Shown one piece after another: positions 31,255 through 40,518 of a stretch of 64,000 nt of DNA. The position numbers and the translations under genes were made by a program. The notes beneath the pieces were generated by a model that did no database searches, was not told the origin of the DNA, and saw only the letters and a list, made by a program, of their open reading frames with translations. Origin of the DNA: Alphaproteobacteria bacterium (GTDB lineage: Bacteria; Pseudomonadota; Alphaproteobacteria; SP197); assembly GCA_964291265.2 (NCBI GenBank), contig OZ219747.1, positions 3,936,001-4,000,000 on the forward strand, given 5' to 3'. Position 1 is the stretch's first letter, and the number at the start of each line of letters is the position of its first letter.

Positions 31255-31293
31255 CCTGTTGTCAGGTCCTATTGTCACGTCCTGTTGTCGTGG
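31255..31293 (+). repeat. Three 13-bp-period tandem repeats CCT(A/G)TTGTC
   Basis: cctgttgtcaggt / cctattgtcacgt / cctgttgtcgtgg; a further copy at ~31339. Confidence 0.7.
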
Positions 31294-31540
31294 TTTGAGT
31301 GTTCGGCTGGTTGTCTCCCCGAGCGCCGCCCGTCTTTTCCTATTGTCGTTTTGGTCCGGTTCGGGTTGTTCCGTCGGCCTCTGCTTCGGTCTTGGTGACG
31401 GTTGCCGGGAGGGTTCCGGTTCCGAGGCACTCGCGGGATCGTCTGTCTTCCCTGTGGTCTGGGTCGCGTTGTCCGGTCCCGGGGCGGCGACTTTGCCGCC
31501 GCCCCGGGTGGATGCTAGATCGGCATCGAAAGAAAGAGCG

Positions 31541-32149
31541 ATGCGATGCCGGGCAGAGTTTTACCGACGCCCCCCGGCGCAGCACCCGGACGAGCCGGTC
31601 ACGGGGGACCGAACTCCCGTGTATTGTCGAGCCATTTTGCGTCCGGGTCCACCCCCGCTCTCGAGACGGATCGTGTGCACGACGGGACGACTGTTCAACT
31701 GCAAGCGGTGTCAGCGGCAGGTTGTTCTCTGCCGGTCGTGTGACCGGGGGCATGTGTATTGCTCCGATGAGTGCAGGGAATCGTCCCAGAGCGAGCAGCA
31801 CCGCGTGTCGCAGCGTCGCTATCAGAGCACGCCGAAGGGCTGTGAGGCGGGCCGTCGCCGTCAGGAGCGTTATCGGCGCCGCCAGGGGGACCGGGCGCGT
31901 GCGTTGAAGGCCATGGCGACGATGGTTGCCGAGATCATGGACACGCAGACGTCTGCTGTGGTGCTGCTTGGCGACGTTCCGGCGGTGTCTGGAGACGCCG
32001 GTTCCGAAGAAATCGTTACTGATCACCCTTCCCGACTGCTGCCGACCTCCCTACCTGCGGTTGTGAAGGCGCGAGAGCGGCGCGAATCGCCGCTTCGGTG
32101 CGCCCGGTGCGGACGGGTCGTGACGCATGTGGTGCTGAGGGACCCGTGA
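31541..32149 (+). CDS. Cys-rich (zinc-finger-like) hypothetical protein upstream of istA
   Basis: CKRC..CRSCDRGHVYCSDEC, basic helix, C-terminal CARC; start uncertain. Confidence 0.65.
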   Translation: MRCRAEFYRRPPAQHPDEPVTGDRTPVYCRAILRPGPPPLSRRIVCTTGRLFNCKRCQRQVVLCRSCDRGHVYCSDECRESSQSEQHRVSQRRYQSTPKGCEAGRRRQERYRRRQGDRARALKAMATMVAEIMDTQTSAVVLLGDVPAVSGDAGSEEIVTDHPSRLLPTSLPAVVKARERRESPLRCARCGRVVTHVVLRDP

Positions 32150-32181
32150 TGCGGCGTTGAGGAACCAGAGGGAGGGAGTTC

Positions 32182-33675
32182 ATGGCGATCGACGAGGACA
32201 CGCGGGCGACGATCGTGCGGCTGTCGCGGGCCGAGGGCTGGGCTGTGGGGACGATTGCCCGGCATCTCGGCGTGCACCACGGCACGGTGACGCGGGCGCT
32301 CAAGGCGTCGGGGCAGGAGCGGCGGCCGCGGGCCAAGCTCATCGACCCCTTCGTTGCCTTCCTCGGGGAGCGTCTTGAGGCGTCGCCGGACCTTCCGGCC
32401 AGCACGCTCTGGCGACAGGTCGTGGCCCTGGGCTACCGCGGCGGCGAGGATCACTTCCGTCACGACCTGCGCCGCCTCGGGCTGAGGCCGGTGAAGAGGC
32501 CCGAGCCGTCGCTGCGGCTGAGCTTCCTTCCGGGCGAGCAGGCGCAGGTTGACTGGGCCGAGTTCGGGAAGGTCCGCATTGGCCGGGCGGAGCGCAGGCT
32601 CATGGGGCTTCTCGTCACCCTCAGCTACTCGCGCCAGACTGTCCTGAGCCTGTTCCACGACGCGCGGATGGCCAGCTTCCTGCAAGGCCATGTCGAGGCT
32701 TTCGCGGCATTCGGGGGTGTGCCGCGGAGGCTTCTGTACGACAACCTGAAGAGTGCCGTGGTGACGCGCCGCGGCAAGGCGGTCACCTATCATCCGATGC
32801 TGCTCGGCCTTGCGGCCCACTATGCCTTCGAACCGAGCGCCGCCTGGCCCAGGAGCCCGCAGGAGAAGGGCCGCGTGGAACGCCGTGTGCGCTTCGCGCG
32901 CACCGGGTTCTTCGCCGGGCGCGACATCACGGTCCCGCTCGGCGAGCTCAACGCCGCAGTTCGGGAGTGGTGCTTCGGCGCCGCCGCGGAGCGGCCCTGG
33001 CCGGACGACGACAGTCTCCTGGTGCGGGACGCCTTCGCCCGGGAGAGGGAGCACCTGATCGTCCTTCCCGTCGACCCCTTCCCGCATCACGAGGTCCGCC
33101 CGGTGCGCATCGACAAGACCTGCCACGCCCGCTTCGACACCAACGACTACAGCGTTCCGGGTAGCTTCTCCAAGGCCCTGCTGACGCTGGTCGCCGACCG
33201 CGACGAGGTTCGCATCCTCGACGGCGCCGACGAGGTCGCGCGCCACCGACGCTCCTACGACAGGAAGCAGGCCGTCACCGATCCGGAGCATGCCAGGGCG
33301 ATCGCCGCGGGCAAGCGGCGGGCCCGCTCCATGAGCGTCCGCGACCGGGTCCTGCGCACCGTGCCGCGGGCCGAGGAGATGCTGGCGCGCGCCGGGACCA
33401 ACGGGCGCAACGTGGCCTCCTGCGCCCGGATGCTGGAGACGCTTCTCAACGCGCACGGCGCCGACGCTCTCGACCGGGCTGTCGCCACGGCGCTGGAGCG
33501 CGGCTCGTGCCACCCCGAAACCGTGCGCGTCATCATCGAGGAGCGCCGCCGGGAGCAGGGCCTGCCGCCCCTCAGCATCGCCGACGACGGCCGCGGCGGC
33601 CGTGGCACGACGCCGCGGGGGACCGCTCTCGACGCCTACGACAGGCCCGAAGCCAGCGCCAGGAACAAGACATGA
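32182..33675 (+). CDS. istA: IS21-family transposase IstA
   Basis: N-terminal HTH; DDE at QVDW, YDNLKS, EKGRVE; GGAG RBS. Confidence 0.93.
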   Translation: MAIDEDTRATIVRLSRAEGWAVGTIARHLGVHHGTVTRALKASGQERRPRAKLIDPFVAFLGERLEASPDLPASTLWRQVVALGYRGGEDHFRHDLRRLGLRPVKRPEPSLRLSFLPGEQAQVDWAEFGKVRIGRAERRLMGLLVTLSYSRQTVLSLFHDARMASFLQGHVEAFAAFGGVPRRLLYDNLKSAVVTRRGKAVTYHPMLLGLAAHYAFEPSAAWPRSPQEKGRVERRVRFARTGFFAGRDITVPLGELNAAVREWCFGAAAERPWPDDDSLLVRDAFAREREHLIVLPVDPFPHHEVRPVRIDKTCHARFDTNDYSVPGSFSKALLTLVADRDEVRILDGADEVARHRRSYDRKQAVTDPEHARAIAAGKRRARSMSVRDRVLRTVPRAEEMLARAGTNGRNVASCARMLETLLNAHGADALDRAVATALERGSCHPETVRVIIEERRREQGLPPLSIADDGRGGRGTTPRGTALDAYDRPEASARNKT

Positions 33676-34373
33676 GCGAGCTCAGGGAGCGTGCCCGGGC
33701 GCTCGGCCTCCACGGGCTCGTCGAACGCTGGGACGAGGTCGCCGGGACCGCATGGATCGAGGAGGTGGTCAGCGGCGAGGAACAGGCCCGCAGGGCCCGC
33801 AGCCACGAGCGCCGCCGCGCCGCGGCGCGGCTGCCCGCCTTCAAGCCCCTGGCGGACTTCGACTGGACATGGCCGCGCGACATCAGCCGGGCTCATGTCG
33901 AAGCGCTCCTCGGCCTCGGCTTCGTCGACCGTGCGGACAACGCCGTGCTCGTCGGCGGGCAGGGCACCGGAAAGACCATGATCGCCGCCAACGTGGCGCA
34001 CCAGGCCCTGCTGCACGGCCACACCGTCCGCTTCGAGAAGGCGCCGGAACTGCTCGAGGCACTCGCCGAGACCGTCTCGCGCAGCGAGCTGCGCCGCCGC
34101 CTCGCGATCCTCGCCAGGCCCCGCCTGCTCATCCTCGACGAAATCGGCTACGTGACCCTCGAAAGCCACCATGCCGACATCCTCTACGCCATCGTCTCGC
34201 GGCGCTATCAGCGCCGCTCGACCATGGTCACGACAAGCCTCGCCTTCGCCCAGTGGGACCGCGTCTTCCCCAGCGCCTCCGGCATCGCCGGCACCGTCGA
34301 CCGGCTCATGCACGACGCAACCCTCATCTCCATCGACAGCGACTCCTGGCGGCTCAGGCGTGAAACCCGATAA
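33672..34373 (+). CDS. istB: IS21-family helper ATPase IstB
   Basis: DFDW, Walker A GGQGTGKT, Walker B LILDEIGY, DRLMH; ATGA coupling to istA. Confidence 0.92.
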   Translation: MSELRERARALGLHGLVERWDEVAGTAWIEEVVSGEEQARRARSHERRRAAARLPAFKPLADFDWTWPRDISRAHVEALLGLGFVDRADNAVLVGGQGTGKTMIAANVAHQALLHGHTVRFEKAPELLEALAETVSRSELRRRLAILARPRLLILDEIGYVTLESHHADILYAIVSRRYQRRSTMVTTSLAFAQWDRVFPSASGIAGTVDRLMHDATLISIDSDSWRLRRETR

Positions 34374-35253
34374 ACCCCGCCGCGTCGACTTCGACGCCGT
34401 CAAGCGCATGCCGTTCGAACGCATCGCCGCCGACTGGGGATACGTCCGCGACGAACAGGCCTCGACACGCGCCAACCCCGTCCTGTGCGCACCCGGCCTG
34501 CCGAAGCTCGTCACGAAGTGCCTCAACAACGGACACTGGGTCTACTTCAACACCCAGAACGATGAAGACAACGGAACCGTCATCGACTTCATGCTCAACC
34601 GCGGACTGGCCTTCGCCGACATCTGCACCCGCTTCACAGCACCCGACACCGCGCCACGCGACTTCCGCAGCCTCTGGGCCGCGGCAACGCCCGATGCGGC
34701 CCCGGACTGGCTCACCGGGCGCGGCATCCTCCCGGAGACCCTCGACACCTGCCGCCCCCTGGTCCGCCGCGACCACAACGGACGCGTCCTCTTCGCCCAT
34801 CGCAACAGGAAGCGAAAGCTCACCGGCTTCGAGATCGGTCCCCCCGACGGACCGAAACGCTTCGCCACCGGTGGAACCCGAAGCCTGTTCGCCGTCCGCG
34901 CCGGAACCGCCGCGGACCTCGAGGCCCTCGTCATCACCGAAAGCGCCGTCGACGCCCTCAGCCTGGCCCAGATCGACCAATGTCCCCCCAGCCACGCCTT
35001 CCTCTCCACCGCCGGGGCACCCTCGCGAAGACAGCACGAACAGATCAGCCTCGCCGCAAGCAGCCTGCCCAACGTCAGGACCATCGTCCTCGCCCAGGAC
35101 CACGACGAGGCCGGAGAGCGACAGGCCGAAACCCTGCGCAAAAAGATGAAGCTCCCCTCCCACGTCTCGTTCCACAGACGCAGACCGCCGGAAAACGCCG
35201 ACTGGAACGACGTCGTCAACGCCAGGACCAAAGAACCACAAGCGAGATCATGA
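34360..35253 (+). CDS. DUF3991-TOPRIM primase-like protein
   Basis: YFN..DNGTVIDF, WLTGRGI, ITESAVDALS (catalytic E), AQDHDEAG (DxD), DWND. Confidence 0.8.
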   Translation: MKPDKPRRVDFDAVKRMPFERIAADWGYVRDEQASTRANPVLCAPGLPKLVTKCLNNGHWVYFNTQNDEDNGTVIDFMLNRGLAFADICTRFTAPDTAPRDFRSLWAAATPDAAPDWLTGRGILPETLDTCRPLVRRDHNGRVLFAHRNRKRKLTGFEIGPPDGPKRFATGGTRSLFAVRAGTAADLEALVITESAVDALSLAQIDQCPPSHAFLSTAGAPSRRQHEQISLAASSLPNVRTIVLAQDHDEAGERQAETLRKKMKLPSHVSFHRRRPPENADWNDVVNARTKEPQARS

Positions 35254-35570
35254 CCACGTCCGTCACAAGGAGACCACTCATGCCCCTCACGCCCGCCGAA
35301 AAGCAGCGGCGATACCGGGAACGGCGCAAGGCCGGCATCCCTCCCGTCCACACCCCAAAGCACCGTGACCGGCGCTCGCGACCGCAACGCTGGAACGACG
35401 CCGTGGCCGAACTGCGCGCCCTGCAGGACGAATGGCGTGACCGCCTCGACAGCATCCCCGAAAGCCTCCGTGACACGCCTTACGGAGAACGCCTGCAGAG
35501 CGTCGCCGATGCCGACATCGAGGCCCTCGAGGACATCGAACCGCCACGCGGCTACGGAAGGGATACGTGA
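35250..35570 (+). CDS. Small basic/helical hypothetical protein
   Basis: LTPAEKQRRYRER..RSRPQRW..PPRGYGRD; ATGA coupling to the TOPRIM gene. Confidence 0.7.
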   Translation: MTTSVTRRPLMPLTPAEKQRRYRERRKAGIPPVHTPKHRDRRSRPQRWNDAVAELRALQDEWRDRLDSIPESLRDTPYGERLQSVADADIEALEDIEPPRGYGRDT

Positions 35571-36140
35571 TCCCGCAAGACCCTTGAACGCGGTCACGCG
35601 TTACCATCCAGGAATGAGAACGTCTCACCCCGACGCGCCGCTCAGCCTCCCCGGGAAACTCCCGGGCCGTCCAAACGACACCGCATCACGAGACTGCCGC
35701 AGCCGCTGGCCGGACTGGCTTACAGGTCGCAGCATCCGCCCGAAAACACTCGACGCCTGCCGCACCCTGCAGGACGAATGGCGTGACCGCCTCGACAGCA
35801 TCCCCGAAACCCTCCGTGACACGCCTTACGGAGAACGCCTGCAGATCGTCGCCGATGCCGACATCGAGGCCCTCGAGGACATCGAACCGCCACGCGGCTA
35901 CGGAAGGGATACGTGATCCCGCAAGACCCTTGAACGCGGTCACGCGTTACCATCCAGGAATGAGAACGTCTCACCCCGACGCGCCGCTCAGCCTCCCCGG
36001 GAAACACCCAGGCCGTCCAAGCGACACCGCATCACGAGACTGCCGCAGCCTCTGAGCCGCAGAAACGCCCGATCCGCCGCCGGGCTGGCTCACAGGTCGC
36101 AGCATCCGCCCGAAAACACTCGACGCCTGCCGCACCCTGC
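35421..36140 (+). repeat. Near-identical tandem duplication, period 346 bp, running into a degenerate partial copy of the TOPRIM gene (to ~36320)
   Basis: CTGCAGGACGAATGG.. starts at 35421 and 35767; 36020-36320 resembles parts of 34640-35200. Confidence 0.85.
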
Positions 36141-36510
36141 GCCGCCGCCACCGCAACGCACGCAGCCTCTTCGCCCAGCGCAACAGAAACCGTCAGCTCT
36201 CCAGCCTCGAGATCGTCCCGCCCGACGAACCACGACGAGGACGGAGAACGCCAGAACAAGACCCCGCGCAAAAGCCTGAAGCTCCCCTCCCACATCACGT
36301 TCCACAAACGCCGACCGAAACGACATCGTCACAACGTCAACGTCAACGCAAGACCAATGGGATCCAACAATAGGCAGAAAGCAAAGACCGGGCGGACCTT
36401 CGTCCAATGCCGCACGTTCTCCTGTCGTGATCACCCACTCACACGATCAGCGCTCAAAAGAGCGGTTCTCCGCCAATATCCCGCCGTTCTAAATCGCCGC
36501 CGACAGCCGC

Positions 36511-36988
36511 CATGCCCGGACGGTGTGCAGGATGGCCATGAAACGGTGCAACCGGCAGCACCACGTCTCGCGGAAGCTGGCCGGCGGAACGGTCGTCGTG
36601 GAAGGTCCGAAGACCGCCAACATGACCAGGAGTGCAAAGGGCACGGTCGAGCATCCCGGGACGAACGTGAAGGCGAAGTCCGGGCTGAACCGCGGGATCC
36701 TCACCACCGTCTGGTGTTGAGTTGCGGGCGATGCTCGCCTGCAAGGCTCCACGCCTCGTCTGAGGTGAACGCGGCGCATGTCAGCCAGACGTGTGCGGAG
36801 TGCAACAACGACTTGACGCCGCCTCGCGTCCGTCGCAGGCGACATTCACATGCGTGGCCTCATGCCATGCGGACCTGAATGCGGCCCGCAACATCAGGCG
36901 CCGGGGACTGGCGCATCTGCACGGGGATGGAGCGTTGCCGCCAGGCACTCCGATGATCCGTGACACGGATCGCAGACTGGCGGCATGA
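36511..36988 (+). pseudogene. tnpB: tnpB 3' part with overlapping predicted omegaRNA
   Basis: HHVSRKL..VVEG.KTANMTRSAKGTVE, SQTCAEC, ADLNAARNIRRRG in shifting frames. Confidence 0.8.
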
Positions 36989-37065
36989 GCCTTTCAGTCA
37001 ACGATACAAGCTTCTGGTCAGTGACGGCCGGAGTGCCGTCAGCATGTGATCCACGTGCCGGATTT

Positions 37066-37980
37066 CTAGTGAGGCCGTTCGCCTTCGATGACGATGCGTC
37101 TCAGGTGGCGGCGGTGGCCGGGATAGTCGCTGTGGGCGTAGTGGAGGCAGCAGCGGTTGTCCCAGATCGCCAGGGACTTCGGTTTCCAGTTCAGGCGGCA
37201 GGTGAATTCAGGAACGATGGAGTGCTTCCAGAGCCGGCGCAGCAAGGGGAGACTCTCCTGTTGCGACCTGCCCTCGAAGCGGGCGGTGAAGGAGTCGCAG
37301 GTATAGAGTGCCTTGCGGCCCGTGACCGGGTGCGTTCGACAGATCGGGTGCAGGACCTCGTTGAACTGGCCCTCGGAATAGAGAATGGGCGTTGCCGTGT
37401 TGTTGGTCACTTCCTGATCAGTCGACGTGGTGCCATACCCCAACGCCGAGGAATTGACGCAGCGGACGCTGGCGAGTTCGGTCTTCAGCGCCTCGTCGAG
37501 CGTTTCCCAGGCGAGGTACTGGTTGGAGAAGGCCGTGTCCCCTCCGACCGGCGGACAGGAGACGGCGTAGGCCATCGTGTACTTCGGCGGACGCTCGAAG
37601 TTGCATGAATCCGAATGCCAACTGCTGCCGAAGGCGTACTTGTCTTGAGGCTCCTGGATGAGTTCGGTGATCTCCGGATAGTCCTCCATCTTCCGCGCAT
37701 AGGGCCACGGCAGCGGCCTACCGAGACGCCGCGCCAGCTTCACCTGGTCCGATGGTTCGAGATCCTGGTCGCGAATCATCAGCGCGATGTGATCGATGAG
37801 CGCCCGTTCGAGTTCACCGACCGCCTCGTCGGAGACGTTCGACAGATCGATGCCCTCGATCACCGCACCGATCGCACCGGTGGCCGGTGTCACGGTGAAG
37901 TGACGGTAAGATCCGGGAGAGAACTGCGGCGCATGGGATACCGCAGCCTGGTAGGAGAATGTGGCGACGTATCCCGTCAT
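37066..37980 (-). CDS. TauD/TfdA-family Fe(II)/2-oxoglutarate dioxygenase
   Basis: WHSD (HxD), GGDTAF, HPVTGRKALY, WDNRCCLH. Confidence 0.9.
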   Translation of the reverse strand: MTGYVATFSYQAAVSHAPQFSPGSYRHFTVTPATGAIGAVIEGIDLSNVSDEAVGELERALIDHIALMIRDQDLEPSDQVKLARRLGRPLPWPYARKMEDYPEITELIQEPQDKYAFGSSWHSDSCNFERPPKYTMAYAVSCPPVGGDTAFSNQYLAWETLDEALKTELASVRCVNSSALGYGTTSTDQEVTNNTATPILYSEGQFNEVLHPICRTHPVTGRKALYTCDSFTARFEGRSQQESLPLLRRLWKHSIVPEFTCRLNWKPKSLAIWDNRCCLHYAHSDYPGHRRHLRRIVIEGERPH

Positions 37981-38154
37981 GACCCGACACTCCCTTCATC
38001 ATCGCGAGCCGGAACCCACTATAGGCTCGCCGGAGGCTTCGCTCCATCGCTTAGGGCGTTGATCCATCGCCAGCCCGATCCGCTCGATTGGCCGGCGATT
38101 TCGTGGCGTCTATACTGCATCTTCTCAGGGTTCCCGGGAGTGTGGGTTGCGGTC

Positions 38155-39198
38155 ATGGACGACATCTCCAGACACACCTTGGACCCCGCCTCTCTCACCA
38201 CACCCCTTGATGCGGCGCGCGAGGTTCTGAGCGAAGCGGCTGCGTGTCTCGACGCGGCGGCAGACGCGATCGGTCCGGACTTCCTTGCCACGGCCGAGGC
38301 ACTCGGCGCGGCGGAGAGCCGCACGGTGGTGCTCGGCGTCGGAAAGTCCGGCCATATCGGCACCAAGTTCGTCGCCAGCCTGGTATCGACCGGCCATCGT
38401 GCCGCCTTCATCCATCCCCAGGAAGCGCTTCACGGTGATCTCGGGCAGGCACGGGATGCGACACTCGCCGTCCTGCTCACCCATTCGGGCGCGACCGACG
38501 AACTGCGCATCCTCACCCCCTACCTGAAGGACTTCGGTGCATGCATTGCCACTGTCACGGCCTTCCGGAACTGCCTCCTCGCCGAACACAGCGACTGGGT
38601 GATCGAGACCAGAGTAACCGACGAGGCGGGACTGCACCGTTTGGCGCCCACCTCCTCTTCGACCACCACGCTGTCGCTCTGCGATGCGCTGATGATTGCC
38701 AGTCTCACCATTCGCGGGTTCACCCGCGAACAGTTCCGTGGCCTTCATCCAGGAGGTCATCTCGGCCGCGGCCTGATGACGGTTCGCGACGTCATGCTGA
38801 AGGCGCCCACACTGCCCTGGGTGAAACCCGGTTCCTCGATCTGGGAGGTGCTCGATGTCATCACGACCGGTGCCCGGGGCTTTGCCGTGGTGTGCGAGAC
38901 CGACCCAGCCGCCCTGCCGCCGGTCGGTTCGGTCGGCGTCATCTCCGATGGCGATATCCGCCGGGCGCTGGCCGATCGTACCGGATTCGACGCTCTGACC
39001 GCGGATTCCATCATGACCGCCTCTCCCATAGCGATCGCATGCGATGCGCTGATGTTCGATGCCCTGCGGCTGATGGAGGAAAACCGCTTCACCTTCCTCG
39101 TGTGCGAGGATGAAGGCCGCCTCCAGGGCGCCGTTCACATGCACGAGATCCTGGCTCGTGATCTCGGTGTTCCGGTGCGTGGTGACCGCCTGCCCTGA
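38155..39198 (+). CDS. KpsF/GutQ-family sugar-phosphate isomerase (SIS plus CBS)
   Basis: GVGKSGHIG, EALHGDLG, APTSSSTT, HPGGHLG, SDGDIRR. Confidence 0.88.
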   Translation: MDDISRHTLDPASLTTPLDAAREVLSEAAACLDAAADAIGPDFLATAEALGAAESRTVVLGVGKSGHIGTKFVASLVSTGHRAAFIHPQEALHGDLGQARDATLAVLLTHSGATDELRILTPYLKDFGACIATVTAFRNCLLAEHSDWVIETRVTDEAGLHRLAPTSSSTTTLSLCDALMIASLTIRGFTREQFRGLHPGGHLGRGLMTVRDVMLKAPTLPWVKPGSSIWEVLDVITTGARGFAVVCETDPAALPPVGSVGVISDGDIRRALADRTGFDALTADSIMTASPIAIACDALMFDALRLMEENRFTFLVCEDEGRLQGAVHMHEILARDLGVPVRGDRLP

Positions 39199-39206
39199 CG
39201 AGCGGG

Positions 39207-39689
39207 TCAGTTGTTCTCGGTTTCCTTGGCCTGCTCCTGCCGGGCGAGGGCGTGCTGGCGATAGAGTCCGACAAAGTCGACCGGCTCCATGAGGAGCGGC
39301 GGGAAACCGCCATCGCGCACGACATCGGCAATGATCCGTCTGGCAAAGGGAAAGAGCATCCTCGGACCCTCGATGAGGAGCATGGGCGCCCGCGCCTGCT
39401 CATCGACATCGACCAGCGAGAACACACCCCGATAGTCGAGCTCGACCAGGAACCAGGGTTCTTCGCCCCTTGTCGCATTGACCATGATCCTCAACGCGAC
39501 CTCGTAGAACGCTTCCTGGACCTGGTGCGAGTCGATGTTGAGGTTGACCTCGATCTCGGGCTTGCTGTCAGCCGCCGCAGCAACGCTCGCCGCACCCCGC
39601 GGACTCTCGAACGAGAGGTCCCGCAGGAACTGCGTGTGCAGCCGAAGCTTCGCCTCTACCGGTTCCGCGGCAGCAGTTTCCTCAGCCAT
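39207..39689 (-). CDS. secB: Protein-export chaperone SecB
   Basis: QFLRDLSFESP, LLIEGPRMLFPFARRII, GGFPPLLMEPVDF. Confidence 0.95.
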   Translation of the reverse strand: MAEETAAAEPVEAKLRLHTQFLRDLSFESPRGAASVAAAADSKPEIEVNLNIDSHQVQEAFYEVALRIMVNATRGEEPWFLVELDYRGVFSLVDVDEQARAPMLLIEGPRMLFPFARRIIADVVRDGGFPPLLMEPVDFVGLYRQHALARQEQAKETENN

Positions 39690-39794
39690 GCATGGATGCT
39701 CCCCGTTGCGTCAAGGTCCCGTTCATAACTGATTGTTGACCACTGTGCGACATGGGTCGTACGGGTCCGGGATGACGCACCCCAATCCACGGCG

Positions 39795-40430
39795 ATGTTG
39801 AGGCCAGTGGAATGGGTCGGTTCGAACAAGGCGGATCTGAAGCCTTGTCCCCGACCCGGTGCACCGTTCAAGGGGCTCAAGGGGCTTGGCTGCAGTGCGC
39901 CGGAACTCGTCTCGCGTCACGACGGCGATACGTTCAGGGCTGTCCACACGGTCCGGTTCGAGATCGCCGTCCATGTCCTCTACGCCTTTGAAGAAGAAGG
40001 CCCGGCGGGGCATCGCCACACCGCAGCGGGAACTCGACCTGGTGCGCCAGCGCCTTCGGGCCGCCGAGCGGCACTACCGTGCCCTCCCATCGTGGAGGCT
40101 GACGGCATGGAATCCAGCGACATCCCCGTCGAGCGCAGCAGCGGCAACGTCTTCGCCGGCCTCAACCTTCCCGATGCGGATGCGCACCTGGTCAAGGCTG
40201 AACTCGTCAGCCGCATCGACGATATCGTCCTCGCTCGCGGTATCACCCAGACCGAGGCCGCGCGGCTGCTCGGTCTCTCCCGGCTGCTGCACGGCGACTT
40301 CCGCGAATACTCGCTGGAGCGCCTGTTCCGCCTGCTGACCACACATCGGCCGGACCATCGAGATCGTCATCCGGCAGCCGCGCTCGGCCTGCGGAGGCAA
40401 GCTCCGCATTGCCGTCGCCGAAACCGTCTG
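39795..40430 (+). pseudogene. Decayed RelE/HigB-like toxin and XRE-HTH antitoxin pair
   Basis: RPVEWVGS..DTFRAV.TVRF..VHVLYAF / GIATPQRELDLVRQRL, then SSGNVFAGL..TQTEAARLLG..YSLERLFRLL, with deletions and frameshifts. Confidence 0.75.
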
Positions 40431-40518
40431 ACCGCGCCCGCGTGTCCCGACCACCTGCTCTCGGTTGCCGGTGACGGTGTGCCGATCCGATCGAATCCTC
40501 CGGATCTTTCCAGGGGCA

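Larger units (their letters stand above)
31187..36505 (+). mobile_element. IS21-family transposon with passenger genes (5.3 kb)
   Basis: TG...CA ends sharing inverted TAGAACGGCGGGAT; 5-bp target duplication GCCGC at 31182-31186 and 36506-36510. Confidence 0.9.
30366..37009 (+). mobile_element. Non-autonomous tnpB element with 21-bp terminal inverted repeats, interrupted by an IS21 transposon
   Basis: TTGTATCGTTGACTGAAAGGC (30366-30386) is the exact reverse complement of 36989-37009; tnpB fragments lie at 30478-31186 and 36511-36988. Confidence 0.8.

Noticed and set aside
35421-36140. CRISPR array next to tnpB/IS21 (CAST-like system)
   Set aside because: The repeat is a 346-bp tandem duplication with no repeat-spacer pattern; no cas genes are present and tnpB is simply the insertion target
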